64,000 bases of DNA, taken from positions 1 to 64,000 of the forward strand of contig JAOPTT010000003.1 of assembly GCA_051531975.1 (NCBI GenBank). The letters are read 5' to 3'. Below are positions 55,801 to 61,435 of this stretch, in pieces (position 1 is the first letter of the stretch; the number at the start of each line of letters is the position of its first letter). The notes under the pieces were generated by a model. That model saw only the letters and a list, made by a program, of their open reading frames with translations. It made no database searches and was not told the origin of the DNA. Origin of the DNA: Spirochaetaceae bacterium. Its GTDB lineage: Bacteria; Spirochaetota; Spirochaetia; DSM-2461. Made by a program: the position numbers and the translations under genes.

Positions 55801-57472
55801 CTGTGATAACATCGATAAGCAATACATTATATGTACCAGCCCCACCTTCATAACTTATTGTAGAGACCGCTCCTTGTGTTCCATTAATTACAGCTGTTCC
55901 AACTGTTGCTCCTGAATTAAAATATGTTCCAATTAATTCAGTAGGAATTTTAATACGAATGTCATTTCCAGTTGTAATATTTCCAGCTTCATTTTCTAAA
56001 ATAGTAACGTCTGAAATACCAGTAGTTGTTGATATATCAAGAGTACTATTTGTAATTGAGCTAATTGTAGGAGCTGTAAAAGCAGAGAAAACAATAGTAT
56101 CAGATTCATTTGGAAGAAAATTTACTAGGTTTGTAGATCCAGAAGTACCATCGGTAGTTAATACTATTGTAGCAATTTCAGCTTCAGCATCTGTAATCAT
56201 AAAAGTAGCCATACCATCAGAATCTGTAGTTATGAGTGTTGCACTACCCATATCCTGATCATATGTTCCCGGTGTTACTGAATCTGTGTATATAGTAGGT
56301 ACATCATCAGGCCCTCCAATAAGGTCCGAACCTGTAAGAGAAACATATACATTCCGAATATATGTCGCAGGATCACCTGCAGAATCAACTAACTGTAATG
56401 AGACCATTTCACCAATAGCACCAATTTTTGATAAACCATCCTCTAGCGTAATGATGACATGATCAGGAGGTGTTGGTTCATATGGAGAAGCATATATTCT
56501 TTGAAACTCTGTAGTACTTCCATCTAGGGTTACATAAACCTGACTTGTGTTTATACCATCTGCAGGTCCACCAACAGTTTCTTGTATATTTAAATTCCAA
56601 GTTCCATTTGTTTCAGCCCCAATAGAAAATGTGTGTAAAGATGGATATGCATTACCTGTAAAACCAGGATTTGTTGTAGCATTTGTAGTTGTTGCAGTTC
56701 CACCAGAAATGTCATATAAACTACAGGATTCAGCATTGTCAAAGTCGTGTAATTTTATTTCAATATCCCCAGTTGCTCCATCGGGAACAAAAGGATATAA
56801 ATCCCATGGGGTACCGGCTCTTTCTAATAAAGATAGAGTCCAAGCATATGCAAAACTCTTAATACTTGTAACACCTGTAGGTGTCCCAATATTATTATAG
56901 GAAGCATCTAGTCTAAATGCATTTTTATCCGTACTAGCGTAATACGCTGTAACTTTAAAATAGTACTTATTACCAATTTTTTCACCTTGGGTTACATTAA
57001 CAGGATTAAAATATACCCAAGACTCGTCATATGTTGCCCCTGTATCAACTTGTAAACCTGTAGTTTCAGAATCTAGAAATGCATTTCCACCAGCATTTCC
57101 ATCAATTAAAGAGAGTTCACTTCCTGTATACGCACTAGTTGCATCAACTATATCTAATTTTGCATTTGCACCTGTTATAGCTCCTGTACCACCAATTAAA
57201 GAGTAACTCCAATATCCAGCGGTTCCTGTTTCAGGGTCAGCATCAGTTTGACTATTATCAACACCAGGATCCTTTACAGCAAAATATATGTCCCCGGTTA
57301 CAGTTTCAGGGACCTCAAAAAACACAACCATATAGGGGTCATTATCACCATTACCAGGACCATTTGTTGTTGCCAAAAAATTACCACTTTCCGCAGGCAG
57401 AGCACTTTGAGAAAAAGCACAAACAGAGATCGTAAACAGCAGAGTTAAAATTAAGAGTTTAATATTTTTCAT
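40829..57472 (-). CDS. Giant secreted/surface repeat protein (~5,550 aa) with C-terminal FlgD-Ig / T9SS-CTD-like domain
   Basis: Single open frame. Signal peptide MKNIKLLILTLLFTISVCAFS from ATG 57472 (ORF track starts at 57514). T/G/N/I/D-rich repeats; ends WDGKNNSGKAVARGIYFIKV...KVLIVK. Confidence 0.88.
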   Translation of the reverse strand: MKNIKLLILTLLFTISVCAFSQSALPAESGNFLATTNGPGNGDNDPYMVVFFEVPETVTGDIYFAVKDPGVDNSQTDADPETGTAGYWSYSLIGGTGAITGANAKLDIVDATSAYTGSELSLIDGNAGGNAFLDSETTGLQVDTGATYDESWVYFNPVNVTQGEKIGNKYYFKVTAYYASTDKNAFRLDASYNNIGTPTGVTSIKSFAYAWTLSLLERAGTPWDLYPFVPDGATGDIEIKLHDFDNAESCSLYDISGGTATTTNATTNPGFTGNAYPSLHTFSIGAETNGTWNLNIQETVGGPADGINTSQVYVTLDGSTTEFQRIYASPYEPTPPDHVIITLEDGLSKIGAIGEMVSLQLVDSAGDPATYIRNVYVSLTGSDLIGGPDDVPTIYTDSVTPGTYDQDMGSATLITTDSDGMATFMITDAEAEIATIVLTTDGTSGSTNLVNFLPNESDTIVFSAFTAPTISSITNSTLDISTTTGISDVTILENEAGNITTGNDIRIKIPTELIGTYFNSGATVGTAVINGTQGAVSTISYEGGAGTYNVLLIDVITADFDDGRLLTIDGIELISSTVEASGKLLVSVDGGTTYSLLDDKVITIVDPSTNIWYGSVDTDWDTIGNWSLGSVPVAAQNIIIPSTTNNPILATDTPNLKSLEIRTGAILDTAGNSLNVVYTTSGTGKVSGGGSIVSSGGNLTLYELDSLGILDISGGNLFLGFDSTVDNLVFSNISLSPTQNLTVGSAEFDTVTLNVQPAKEFLITGSLTLTGGDSTVNADNALLSINSTVGSIFEVNLNNGSDIDITGNGSSSIITTLNGSTGSNLDIGIANFNVGTINSIDLINSSGGDLTISTSGNVNIAGSYGLIDVASPILSLSGDVSIAGDFTFEAFTNNGYEVSFTGTTTLTSTSTPVFDDVLILGSLTLASPITLEADWNQSGTFIHGSQVVTIDNDRIITNISGESTFFSLICVQQDKTIIFEAGKTQTIFSNLQLQSNNGTKQITLKSSLAGNSWGLDTGASTVTTRNLFITDSTSTIALSADTVGGSQSVDGGNNINWTGFTTMNNWTGAVDSEWSTVGNWSTNVVPIAGASVNDKVRIPSGLVNYPILTGNEAAYSVFINEGAILDLAGNDLAIEAAGTLINQGTIRLSLGSTINMIDERAGTVEFYGVGAISTLMWGNNKFYNIIMSGSGVLSSHVNNLDIRGSLDIQSGSFDIPDTFNLKIAGDISSYSPTAITTTTNSEIQFNADLTIQDNMEFQNINILTGVLTLNSPISISGNFVNSSDFESNGNKVTLNGTTDISVNVTAFDDLEISAGSTLILSTGIEVGGDWITSPTSVFTPGANYVEFIDGTKSSTIYGDNSFDFLTCITPGKSLIFESAKTQTIGTLTLNGSESGFITLSPSSFDKFILDSTTSVVDYISVSNSTISQDIDAGYHSVNGGGNELVGPPKWTFHRDIYEWTGGTNTNWNLLTNWEMTSDRLNPTVPPTSSDWVMIPGGLTNYPNITSGNIEVKNLNISSGATVEISGTTVLNPDNFNNEGTLKISDSALTIVNDIDSGTVEYSDSSDMDIRDFGTTDYFNLKLSGSGTKTILSGLTVAGEINISDGILDSNGNDINIYGDWSQGSGASFTTGTNKVYFQGNSTIQNDVTFYNIEVSNGATLSLAGDIIVYSIDLLGTVNGGTSTLAVKKDWNNTSGTFNRDTGIVEFLDDAEISVISGNTVFNILRSIDTANTPDKILEFTTGTTQSFYDLDIDGDAIGTRIVLRGTANADWNFKNLKGSVAQVSYVSIFYGQVDDLGSDINASDSIFDANTDETLSGTPIGSVHWIDVTPVILTWEGDDGGDSTNWDVAANWDNNQVPTIIDTVIITTAGTPPVLTSNSITNNLTILAGATLDTSTFDLEIDGSLDIQATGTLVRSGVASQNISKTDIDSGTVEYGGTTTIQDYSGVDYFNLVINGVTVTAADNLDIAGDLTLTAGIFTHGSKTISFSGGLDSTITGAFTFYDLDINKDTSIDQVNLSSDIVIDNDLFLNQGILDFGTTSNSIKNDLNLNSGSLSAGSGILTLSGSFNNNGGTFTAQTGEVSIDDISKTTVITGSNTFNVLSSVTDDKTIRFTAGATQTITTLTITGSTNKIDLFSTIPGSSWNMSVTSASINNMNLQDSFLLGGNDITVSDTDCNDISNNKTTGTNPLWVFVSTFTWTGGGAAGLWSDIANWDTGVVPNNATYDVLIPTTPAGNATNWPELLASGLTLDELTIETGAILDFNGADLALTTLNLNAGGEIRLNGDETYTATTTTLAGSVVYYGFANAGVTIATSLPLGYTYYDLEFQDTTGFNDIWELGNNLVLNAGGTLTITSGVLDLKGFNLTSPTVIQSANGGIMLEGSETYTVTTSTLSGTTTYYGTVGVNILTGLNLGNAYTNLTFTGDDTFRLGADLAITGDMVITTAELESLDFSISITGDLTGTGTLDTVAMVTGTKSLNIDGDISLSSLINPAFSAGGFTVAGDWNVTNYTYTGETLTLDGTTTPTSITSNGQSLGNILISKSANTDIVNILDPIVNAGNVTITAGNLNTGDNSTAISGYLTGAGIFDSSSITGANKLNIDSYVTIDNFVSTNTGVAVDGFTVAGNWDVANYTSTGGTLEFDGGTDTTITSNGQALANIQIAKDLIGDTVTLLDTLVSAGNVTIVQGTFITGDFSTAITGILSGAGIFNSSAMTTGQQLNIDGNVTVDNFVSTNTGVTADGFTVAGNWDVANYTSTGGTLEFDGAANTTIMSNGQGLGNIQISKDLNVDTVTLLDPLVNVGNLTIPVGTFITDNFSTAITGNLTGAGIFDSSGITGANILNIDGNVTVTNFTSPNTGVSITGFTVAGDFNVTTYTSTGGTLTFDGAADTIFTTNAHTYGVININKDTTADILTLTGVLTSGAITLTQGVLNADTNNADITAAGFEVPSEANAQFIGTNQTITLTGGNLKSIELFNLLVTGAVTITGDSTTAGSFSQTGGTLTTGVFNLILGGASNTLTGGTITIPTTGTIDSGVNDFTVSTLGSLILSGGSLTGADLFISNTSGTASILSSTAASTISAANIDYTGAFGTIDIDDISFDISSSWDDSAFSGTWTAPTTSGDITFTTDPGTLTSKALHDLYNIIVDDGVTLTMLASTGITVNNVTVGPTATATLITGDNLLTIGGNLTGTGVFNSSAITGVNKLNIDGNVTVNDFTSPNTGVAIDGFTVAGDLNVTNYTSTGGTLTFDGAVDITFTTNAHIYGVININKDTTADILTLTGDLTSGAITLTQGVFNADTNNANITAAGFEVPVEANAQFIGTNQTITLTGGNLKSIELFNLLVTGAITMTGDSTTTGSFSLTGGSLTTGVFALTLGGVSNTLTGGIITLPTTGSINSGVNDLTISTLGRLILSGGSLTCADLFISNTSGAASILSSTVASTISAANIDFTGAFGTIDIDDISFDISNSWDDSGFSGAWIAPTTSGTMTYTTISGTLTSATGHTLFDIDVDDGVTLTLQPSTGIVVNNVTIGTALTTAELDTVNVDISIAGDLTGTGTLTSGINTVTVAGDWGIATHTPHGTATNGIIDLTGTSAINSAGTQTFNTLNISGAITLSAAIIILNDINISGNLTDGTQDITVARNWNNTGTFTASTGTVFLNSTTTANITGSNTFNALTSTTGSKTITFEAGSTQTVATLTINGSAGNLITLESSIPGTKWNIDNTGTNSVTFISVSDSDITGTVNINAGNNSLNSGNNDITGAAGYWIFTVTTITWDGSTDSNWEDASNWTPQSVPTFSNNVVIGDVTTDPVLTTDAFVNNLTLNNVNSALTIAGNVLTINNTLDNLGTFIRTGAGGESITKTDINSGIVRYITGAGAIEDYGGGTDYYNLEVLSGTKTLGTATIIANDLTVDGTLTQNATIDVINNVTINGTGTINQNADLTIGEDIVIDGILTPGAVTVNLTSATADITGTGTATFGTLNVTGTTTLGDNITVNTDLTGTGILIAANNTINLGGSWTIQNFTHDTSTVIFNSTQTITTGADFEFYNLSSTGGTTLTVDENLTVQGNLSINNILALDADNLELYGNNLLTGTVTGTTGNINVHQTPLTSSFIDFNNATTADLFFTGNVVLSNNFTTSTAGNITFSGTVTGASNLSVSSSAGNITFTNNLNINNLTVPTVSGDILFSGNIVSQDLTLLSTTGDITFNGSVDTDDLDVTASGVGKTVTFAGVLTNIGINSAASVPLSIDADNIIFQANVGIETTTALATITGAVDIQGITITSGSDLTFTEDITLSSSAVSIDTSGSNRDLTFGSTINGGFAFVVNAGTGYVDFNGIIGGTTALTSVTVDSSRADLSGVTGITGNFDINTPVANGIILLEGALYNVTGIVTLDAGDQTTTGGLFIDNSTLAKTFTTGNMTTVGTTYIYGIENLTFTNSALTFNDVHLFLDGDTISINNDITLDNLVLYGGIIDLNGNNLTVNMDMVLLGAGYNIDDGTTGVVGAFAYNHADRVATINTGLLTDFISGYNPGFVFPGAYSGAYTNLDSSVISVTNNFYNNGTDMSATANWNLNIPNNDNATTAFAEAYNMNVQWGTANFNIASLISVIPDVNSSNWEITEPDFDLTATGLKTMYDDVILINLVSGAFENSNNEISAALATGLIGVFDNAINTGDLASYTDPECTITTDGAGDIALFYLRVENSPTYRWNTDATGLSAGTGTDRGRSGVAAVTRTTIPNLVASSNSLTVFYTLIDTNKNRVKHYPIGSKITGILDGAKPAITQILASTHATGTADTFDGHNYFDITFSEDVSYDVSGGPFSTFPVVNSRSSGYAFGTYGGDLGYIEENGANVDVVGLFSYPGNYSSGSFDGTANSNTIYSTAANQLRINVVAYQNTGIWPGYLGSIATNIDTYNKITSPSALFHRNNFNLEQVDLLAEQTDAELITQLTDGSTRVITVPGNADITDSAGNSLESSTPNYDAYYKTPGFIGGTGWDVFPPYFSKQVLENGDITEVYEIYYLDYNLIVGNRIVDEINFHVLDDHIMQPFWISWTGWDKGTPTTATRPDPIGGLRENTFMGNSGAYAMGVIGDASRISTPILGMNTAVDTYMLKTPAPVSTLINSPDDNYFSLQIDESQNWLLKSLMNLTYDSSVGRATDYAGNLMPSSNNSLDAFQWIPPEILLSLSIVDDRTVYLQYTKDIYTNSPTIPIRTGITKDSYSLAYSEGNSIENVLAIKGTATDTVGKSEFLLTFANPITANDMVTARLVTNTLTIFDKYGTETGPDERRLTDLGLGLVTPAYGNDSLHYDGRLRNEDGSLKDFDGTGRLIPEDIVIGTEINGSNNQSLGLTLLYDIDTDLSAAIDYDTTDSVYNPGLWLPDNMVGTYIYTTLNLRELSTSGSDGDYKLFSVDNLDNELEVGGTFQFIYKLAAAEDLYCVALPEGGSYLTDLVPWEFDLDSLKTQRGGVTIVNNVINPLDDQKTEIYVEQDKPGMSTISVFSLDGTVITNLQKGRLSAGTYRYQWDGKNNSGKAVARGIYFIKVIAPDINESRKVLIVK
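46900..50130 (-). repeat. Intragenic repeats: ~363-bp units followed by a 1,089-bp duplication
   Basis: GFTVAG-coding anchor at 49974, 49608, 49245, 48882 and 47793 (spacings 366, 363, 363, 1089). Boundaries approximate. Confidence 0.85.
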
Positions 57473-57544
57473 ATTACCTATAACTATTATCGTTGGTTTT
57501 CCCAATATCATCAACTTAACTTTTATATTAAAACTATTAAAACG

Positions 57545-57573
57545 TTGAAACCATAAACAAAAACAGATATTAT
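57545..57573 (+). promoter_or_regulatory. Sigma70-type promoter upstream of the repeat array and aroA
   Basis: TTGAAA-17 bp-TATTAT; predicted start near 57580. Confidence 0.55.
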
Positions 57574-57584
57574 ATTTTCAAACT

Positions 57585-57752
57585 AGGCTGGTCGTAATAG
57601 AAAATTACTGCTCGCCTATGCAACCAAGGCTGGTCGTAATAGAAAATTACTGCTCGCCTATGCAACCAAGGCTGGTCGTAATAGAAAATTACTGCTCGCC
57701 AATGCAACCAAGGCTGGTCGTAATAGAAAATTACTGCTCGCCAATGCAACCA
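57585..57752. repeat. Four tandem 42-bp hairpin-forming repeats
   Basis: Unit AGGCTGGTCGTAATAGAAAATTACTGCTCGCC(T/A)ATGCAACCA at 57585, 57627, 57669 and 57711; no spacers. Confidence 0.97.
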
Positions 57753-57767
57753 TGGGAGAGATAAATT

Positions 57768-59015
57768 ATGAAAGTTGAAGTTTCTAAGGGAAAGTTAGCA
57801 GGGGAAATAAGAATTCCAGCATCTAAATCCCATACAATAAGAGCACTACTAATTGCTACATTAGCAGAAGGTGAAAGTATTATATCCTATCCATTAATCT
57901 CTTCTGATACTAAAGCTTGTAAAGATGCATGTAAAGCCATGGGTGCACATATAAAAGAGACAGAGACATCATGGATAATTACTGGAACTGCTGGAAAATT
58001 AACTAAACCTTCAGGTCCTATTAATGTAGGAAACTCAGGAACTACACTATACTTAGCAGCAGCAGTTGCAGCATTAGCAGACTTCCCAATTACATTTACA
58101 GGAGACTACCAAATTCAGCGTAGATCAGCAGCTAACTTATTAGATAGTTTACAAGATTTAGGTGTAAAAATAGAGTCAAACAAAGGTTGTGCACCATTTA
58201 CAATTACTGGACCAATAAAAGGTGGAACTACTACTATAAAGTGTCCCACTAGTCAATATTTATCAGCTTTATTACTTGCAGCTCCTTTAGCAAAAGGTAA
58301 AACAGAAATTAATATACCCTTACTTCATGAAAAACCATATGCTGAAATGACTGTTCGATGGATGGAAGAACAAGGAATTACAATAGATGACTCAGATTAT
58401 AGCCACTTTGAAATTGAGGGTGGAAAAAAATATAACAATTTTAATAGACCAATTCCTGCAGACTTCTCATCATCTGCATTCTTTTTTACAGCAGCAGCAG
58501 TTACAGGTTGTACTTTAACTCTACAAGGCCTAGATATGTCTGACTCCCAAGGAGATAAGGCAATAGTTGAATACATGGAAAAATTAGGATGTGAGATTAA
58601 TATTGATGGAGAGAATATGACTATAATAGGGAAACCTATGACAGGATGTGATCTTGATATTAATGCAACACCAGACGCACTTCCAGCCCTAGCAGCTGTG
58701 GCATGTTATGCAAAAGGCACAACAAGACTATTAAATGTTCCCCAAGCTAGAATGAAAGAGACAGATAGAATCGATGTAATGACTAAAGAACTCAGAAAAA
58801 TGGGCGCTATAATAGTTGAGCAGGAAGATGGAATGGAAATTACAGGGACACCATTAACAGGAGCTGTTGTAAGTGGCCACGACGACCACCGAATTGTTAT
58901 GGCACTAGCTATTGCAGCACTTGGTTGTACAGGTGTAAACAATATTGATACTGCAGAAGCAGTTGATATTACATTCCCTGGATTTTTTGAACACCTTACA
59001 CGATTAACAATATAA
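57768..59015 (+). CDS. aroA: 3-phosphoshikimate 1-carboxyvinyltransferase (EPSP synthase)
   Basis: PASKSHTIRA, GNSGTT, SQYLSALL, RMKETDRI and DDHRIVMA. Confidence 0.96.
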   Translation: MKVEVSKGKLAGEIRIPASKSHTIRALLIATLAEGESIISYPLISSDTKACKDACKAMGAHIKETETSWIITGTAGKLTKPSGPINVGNSGTTLYLAAAVAALADFPITFTGDYQIQRRSAANLLDSLQDLGVKIESNKGCAPFTITGPIKGGTTTIKCPTSQYLSALLLAAPLAKGKTEINIPLLHEKPYAEMTVRWMEEQGITIDDSDYSHFEIEGGKKYNNFNRPIPADFSSSAFFFTAAAVTGCTLTLQGLDMSDSQGDKAIVEYMEKLGCEINIDGENMTIIGKPMTGCDLDINATPDALPALAAVACYAKGTTRLLNVPQARMKETDRIDVMTKELRKMGAIIVEQEDGMEITGTPLTGAVVSGHDDHRIVMALAIAALGCTGVNNIDTAEAVDITFPGFFEHLTRLTI

Positions 59016-59036
59016 ATAAAAAAGAAGGATATAAAA

Positions 59037-60068
59037 ATGAGAATCTACGACCTAAGAAGCGATACTATAACTAAACCATCAGAAGAAATGAGAAAAGCAA
59101 TGTATATCGCCGAAGTTGGAGATGATGTATATGGAGAAGACCCATCTATTAATAGATTACAAGAAATCTCCAATAAACTAACAGGTAAAAAAGCATCTCT
59201 ATTTGTTTCAAGTGGTTCTATGGCTAACCTTATTGCACTTTATATCAATGGTGGTCGTGGAAAAGATGTTTTAATGCATAAAGATGCCCACTCTCTTAAC
59301 CATGAATTAGGCGCTCCATCTGCAATTGCTGGGATAAACCCAATAGGTGTTCCAGGAGAGAGAGGAATATTACGCTCTGATATATTAGAAGATTATGTAA
59401 ACCCAAAAAATGGAGATTATCACGATGCAAAAACATCGATGATTATTATAGAAAATAGCCATAACTTTGCTGGTGGAACTTGTTATTATAAAGAAAATCT
59501 AAAAGATGTTCATGGATTTGTCCGAAAATATGGTCTTAAAATGCATATAGATGGTGCTAGAATATTTAATGCAGCAATTGCTACAGATATGAGTGTAAAA
59601 GAGATTTGCTCATATGCCGATACGGTATCATTTTGTCTGGCTAAAGGTCTTGGAGCCCCAGTTGGTGCAATATTATCTGGTAGCAAAGATTTTATAGAAG
59701 AAGCTAAGATGGTTAGAAAGATGTTAGGTGGTGGAACTAGACAAGCTGGTATTGTTGCCGCAGGTGGAATATACGCCCTAGAGAATAACGTTGATAGAAT
59801 TATTCAAGATCATATTAATGCTAAAACTTTAGCTACAACACTAAGTAAAAAGAGTTGGGCAAAAGTTGACCCATCTAAAATTGAGACAAACATTATATTC
59901 TTCGAAACCATAGGGATATCAGCTCGGAGATTAGAAGGTAAATTTTCTAGACGTGGGATAAAATGTTTTGCAACAGCAACAAATACAGTACGGTTTGTAA
60001 CAAGTATGGAACAGAATAAACAAGATATTAACTCTATATGTGGAATTATAAACGCCTTAAAAATATAG
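59037..60068 (+). CDS. ltaE: Low-specificity L-threonine aldolase
   Basis: DLRSDTIT, GDDVYGEDP, HIDGARIFNA and FCLAKGLGAPVG. Confidence 0.92.
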   Translation: MRIYDLRSDTITKPSEEMRKAMYIAEVGDDVYGEDPSINRLQEISNKLTGKKASLFVSSGSMANLIALYINGGRGKDVLMHKDAHSLNHELGAPSAIAGINPIGVPGERGILRSDILEDYVNPKNGDYHDAKTSMIIIENSHNFAGGTCYYKENLKDVHGFVRKYGLKMHIDGARIFNAAIATDMSVKEICSYADTVSFCLAKGLGAPVGAILSGSKDFIEEAKMVRKMLGGGTRQAGIVAAGGIYALENNVDRIIQDHINAKTLATTLSKKSWAKVDPSKIETNIIFFETIGISARRLEGKFSRRGIKCFATATNTVRFVTSMEQNKQDINSICGIINALKI

Positions 60069-60069
60069 A

Positions 60070-61383
60070 TTAAATGATTCTAGACTCTTTTATATGGTCT
60101 AGAAAATCCTGCCTTGTTACAATTCCTACAATTTTTTTATTTGTAACAACAGGAATATGCCCTATGTTTTTGCTAAAAAATGTCTTCTCAATCTCTCGAA
60201 CAGAAGAATCTACTTCAAAAATTTCTAACTTTCTAGCCATATAACTTTTTACAGGAGAGTGCATTAAGTTTGACATCCGCCCTTTACTAATATCTCTTAA
60301 AGTTATTACCCCAACAAGTTCATCATCACTATTAACAACAGGGCACCCAGTATGTTGTATCTGCTCTAAATAAATTGAGGCATCCATTAAAGAAGTATCC
60401 TGATTAATAGTATATACATCGGTGGTCATTAAAACCCCAGCTGATATAGAAGGAATTAGGGAGCATCTTAAATGCCAGATGAACTCATCAACAAAAGTTA
60501 CGTCTTTTACCTCTTTTATCTTTGCAGATGCAGCCATAACATGGCCACCTCCACCATAAGGTTTTAGAAGTTGGCTTATATTGATTCTCTCTTTTTGACT
60601 GCGCCCAATAATTAATGTCTGACTACCCTTTGCAATGGAAACAATTAAGAAAAATGCATCAGGATTTTCTACATCCATTATCTTTTCTACAACGGATCCA
60701 ATGCCTGGAAGTTGAGATGGGATCTCTATAAAAGAGAGTAAAATGTAATGACCAAGTATTTTTTTTACTTCTAGTTTGTTCATTACACTATGGAATATAT
60801 CTATTTGTGCATCCTCTTTCATGGATTGTAAGAATTTACGTACTATTTTAATTTCTGCACCCTGGGTAATTAACCAACTAGCAGCGTTAAAATCATCAGG
60901 GGTTACATTTTCGAAGTTAAAAGATCCAGTATCTCCATAAATTCCTGCTAAAGCAATAGTTGCATCTTCAGGGGTTATAGAGATATCCTGTTCTATTAAA
61001 TATTTAACCATTATAGAGACATTAGCCCCTAAGGGCTCAGTATTTAAAACTGCATCTTTTATATCGCAACAATCTGCTTCGTGATGATCGTAAATTACAA
61101 CCTCATCAACATCGTTAATTGTATAGTCTGCAAATTCAAAATACTCTTTAATACGGTTAGTAGTTCTTGTATCTACAACAACTACCTTTTCGATATTTTC
61201 ACCTCTAAGAGTTTTAGCTGAGTTAAAGTTTAGATGTTTATTATATAAATGAAGAACATTCTTAGCGACAGGGTGAACTAGCCTACTACGAATTATGGTA
61301 TAATCAGGATATAAATAACCAGCAAGTACCATGGAACCGATACAATCAAGATCCATATTTGAATGTCCAATAATTATGTTCAT
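60070..61383 (-). CDS. DHH/DHHA1 phosphoesterase with C-terminal CBS pair
   Basis: HSNMDLDC, VVDT, YDHH, GDTGSF and GGGGH, then two CBS repeats. Confidence 0.88.
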   Translation of the reverse strand: MNIIIGHSNMDLDCIGSMVLAGYLYPDYTIIRSRLVHPVAKNVLHLYNKHLNFNSAKTLRGENIEKVVVVDTRTTNRIKEYFEFADYTINDVDEVVIYDHHEADCCDIKDAVLNTEPLGANVSIMVKYLIEQDISITPEDATIALAGIYGDTGSFNFENVTPDDFNAASWLITQGAEIKIVRKFLQSMKEDAQIDIFHSVMNKLEVKKILGHYILLSFIEIPSQLPGIGSVVEKIMDVENPDAFFLIVSIAKGSQTLIIGRSQKERINISQLLKPYGGGGHVMAASAKIKEVKDVTFVDEFIWHLRCSLIPSISAGVLMTTDVYTINQDTSLMDASIYLEQIQHTGCPVVNSDDELVGVITLRDISKGRMSNLMHSPVKSYMARKLEIFEVDSSVREIEKTFFSKNIGHIPVVTNKKIVGIVTRQDFLDHIKESRII

Positions 61384-61435
61384 TTCAACCTCTACAACTA
61401 ATATAAGTGCTTAATCTATCTTTGTCTAAGTTTTT

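Noticed and set aside
43440..57448. Many plus-strand ORFs (up to 258 aa) opposite the giant gene
   Set aside because: V/P/I/S-rich shadow frames produced by the codon bias of the minus-strand gene; no RBS or family motifs.
40829..57472. Autotransporter, RTX or CDI/RHS toxin
   Set aside because: No C-terminal beta-barrel ending in an aromatic residue, no GGxGxD nonapeptides, no RHS core, and no immunity or TpsB gene adjacent.
57585..57752. CRISPR array
   Set aside because: Units are contiguous with no unique spacers, and no cas genes are in the window.
57545..59015. Type III toxin-antitoxin locus
   Set aside because: The gene after the repeats is a clear aroA, and no terminator or ToxN/TenpN/CptN-like ORF follows the array.
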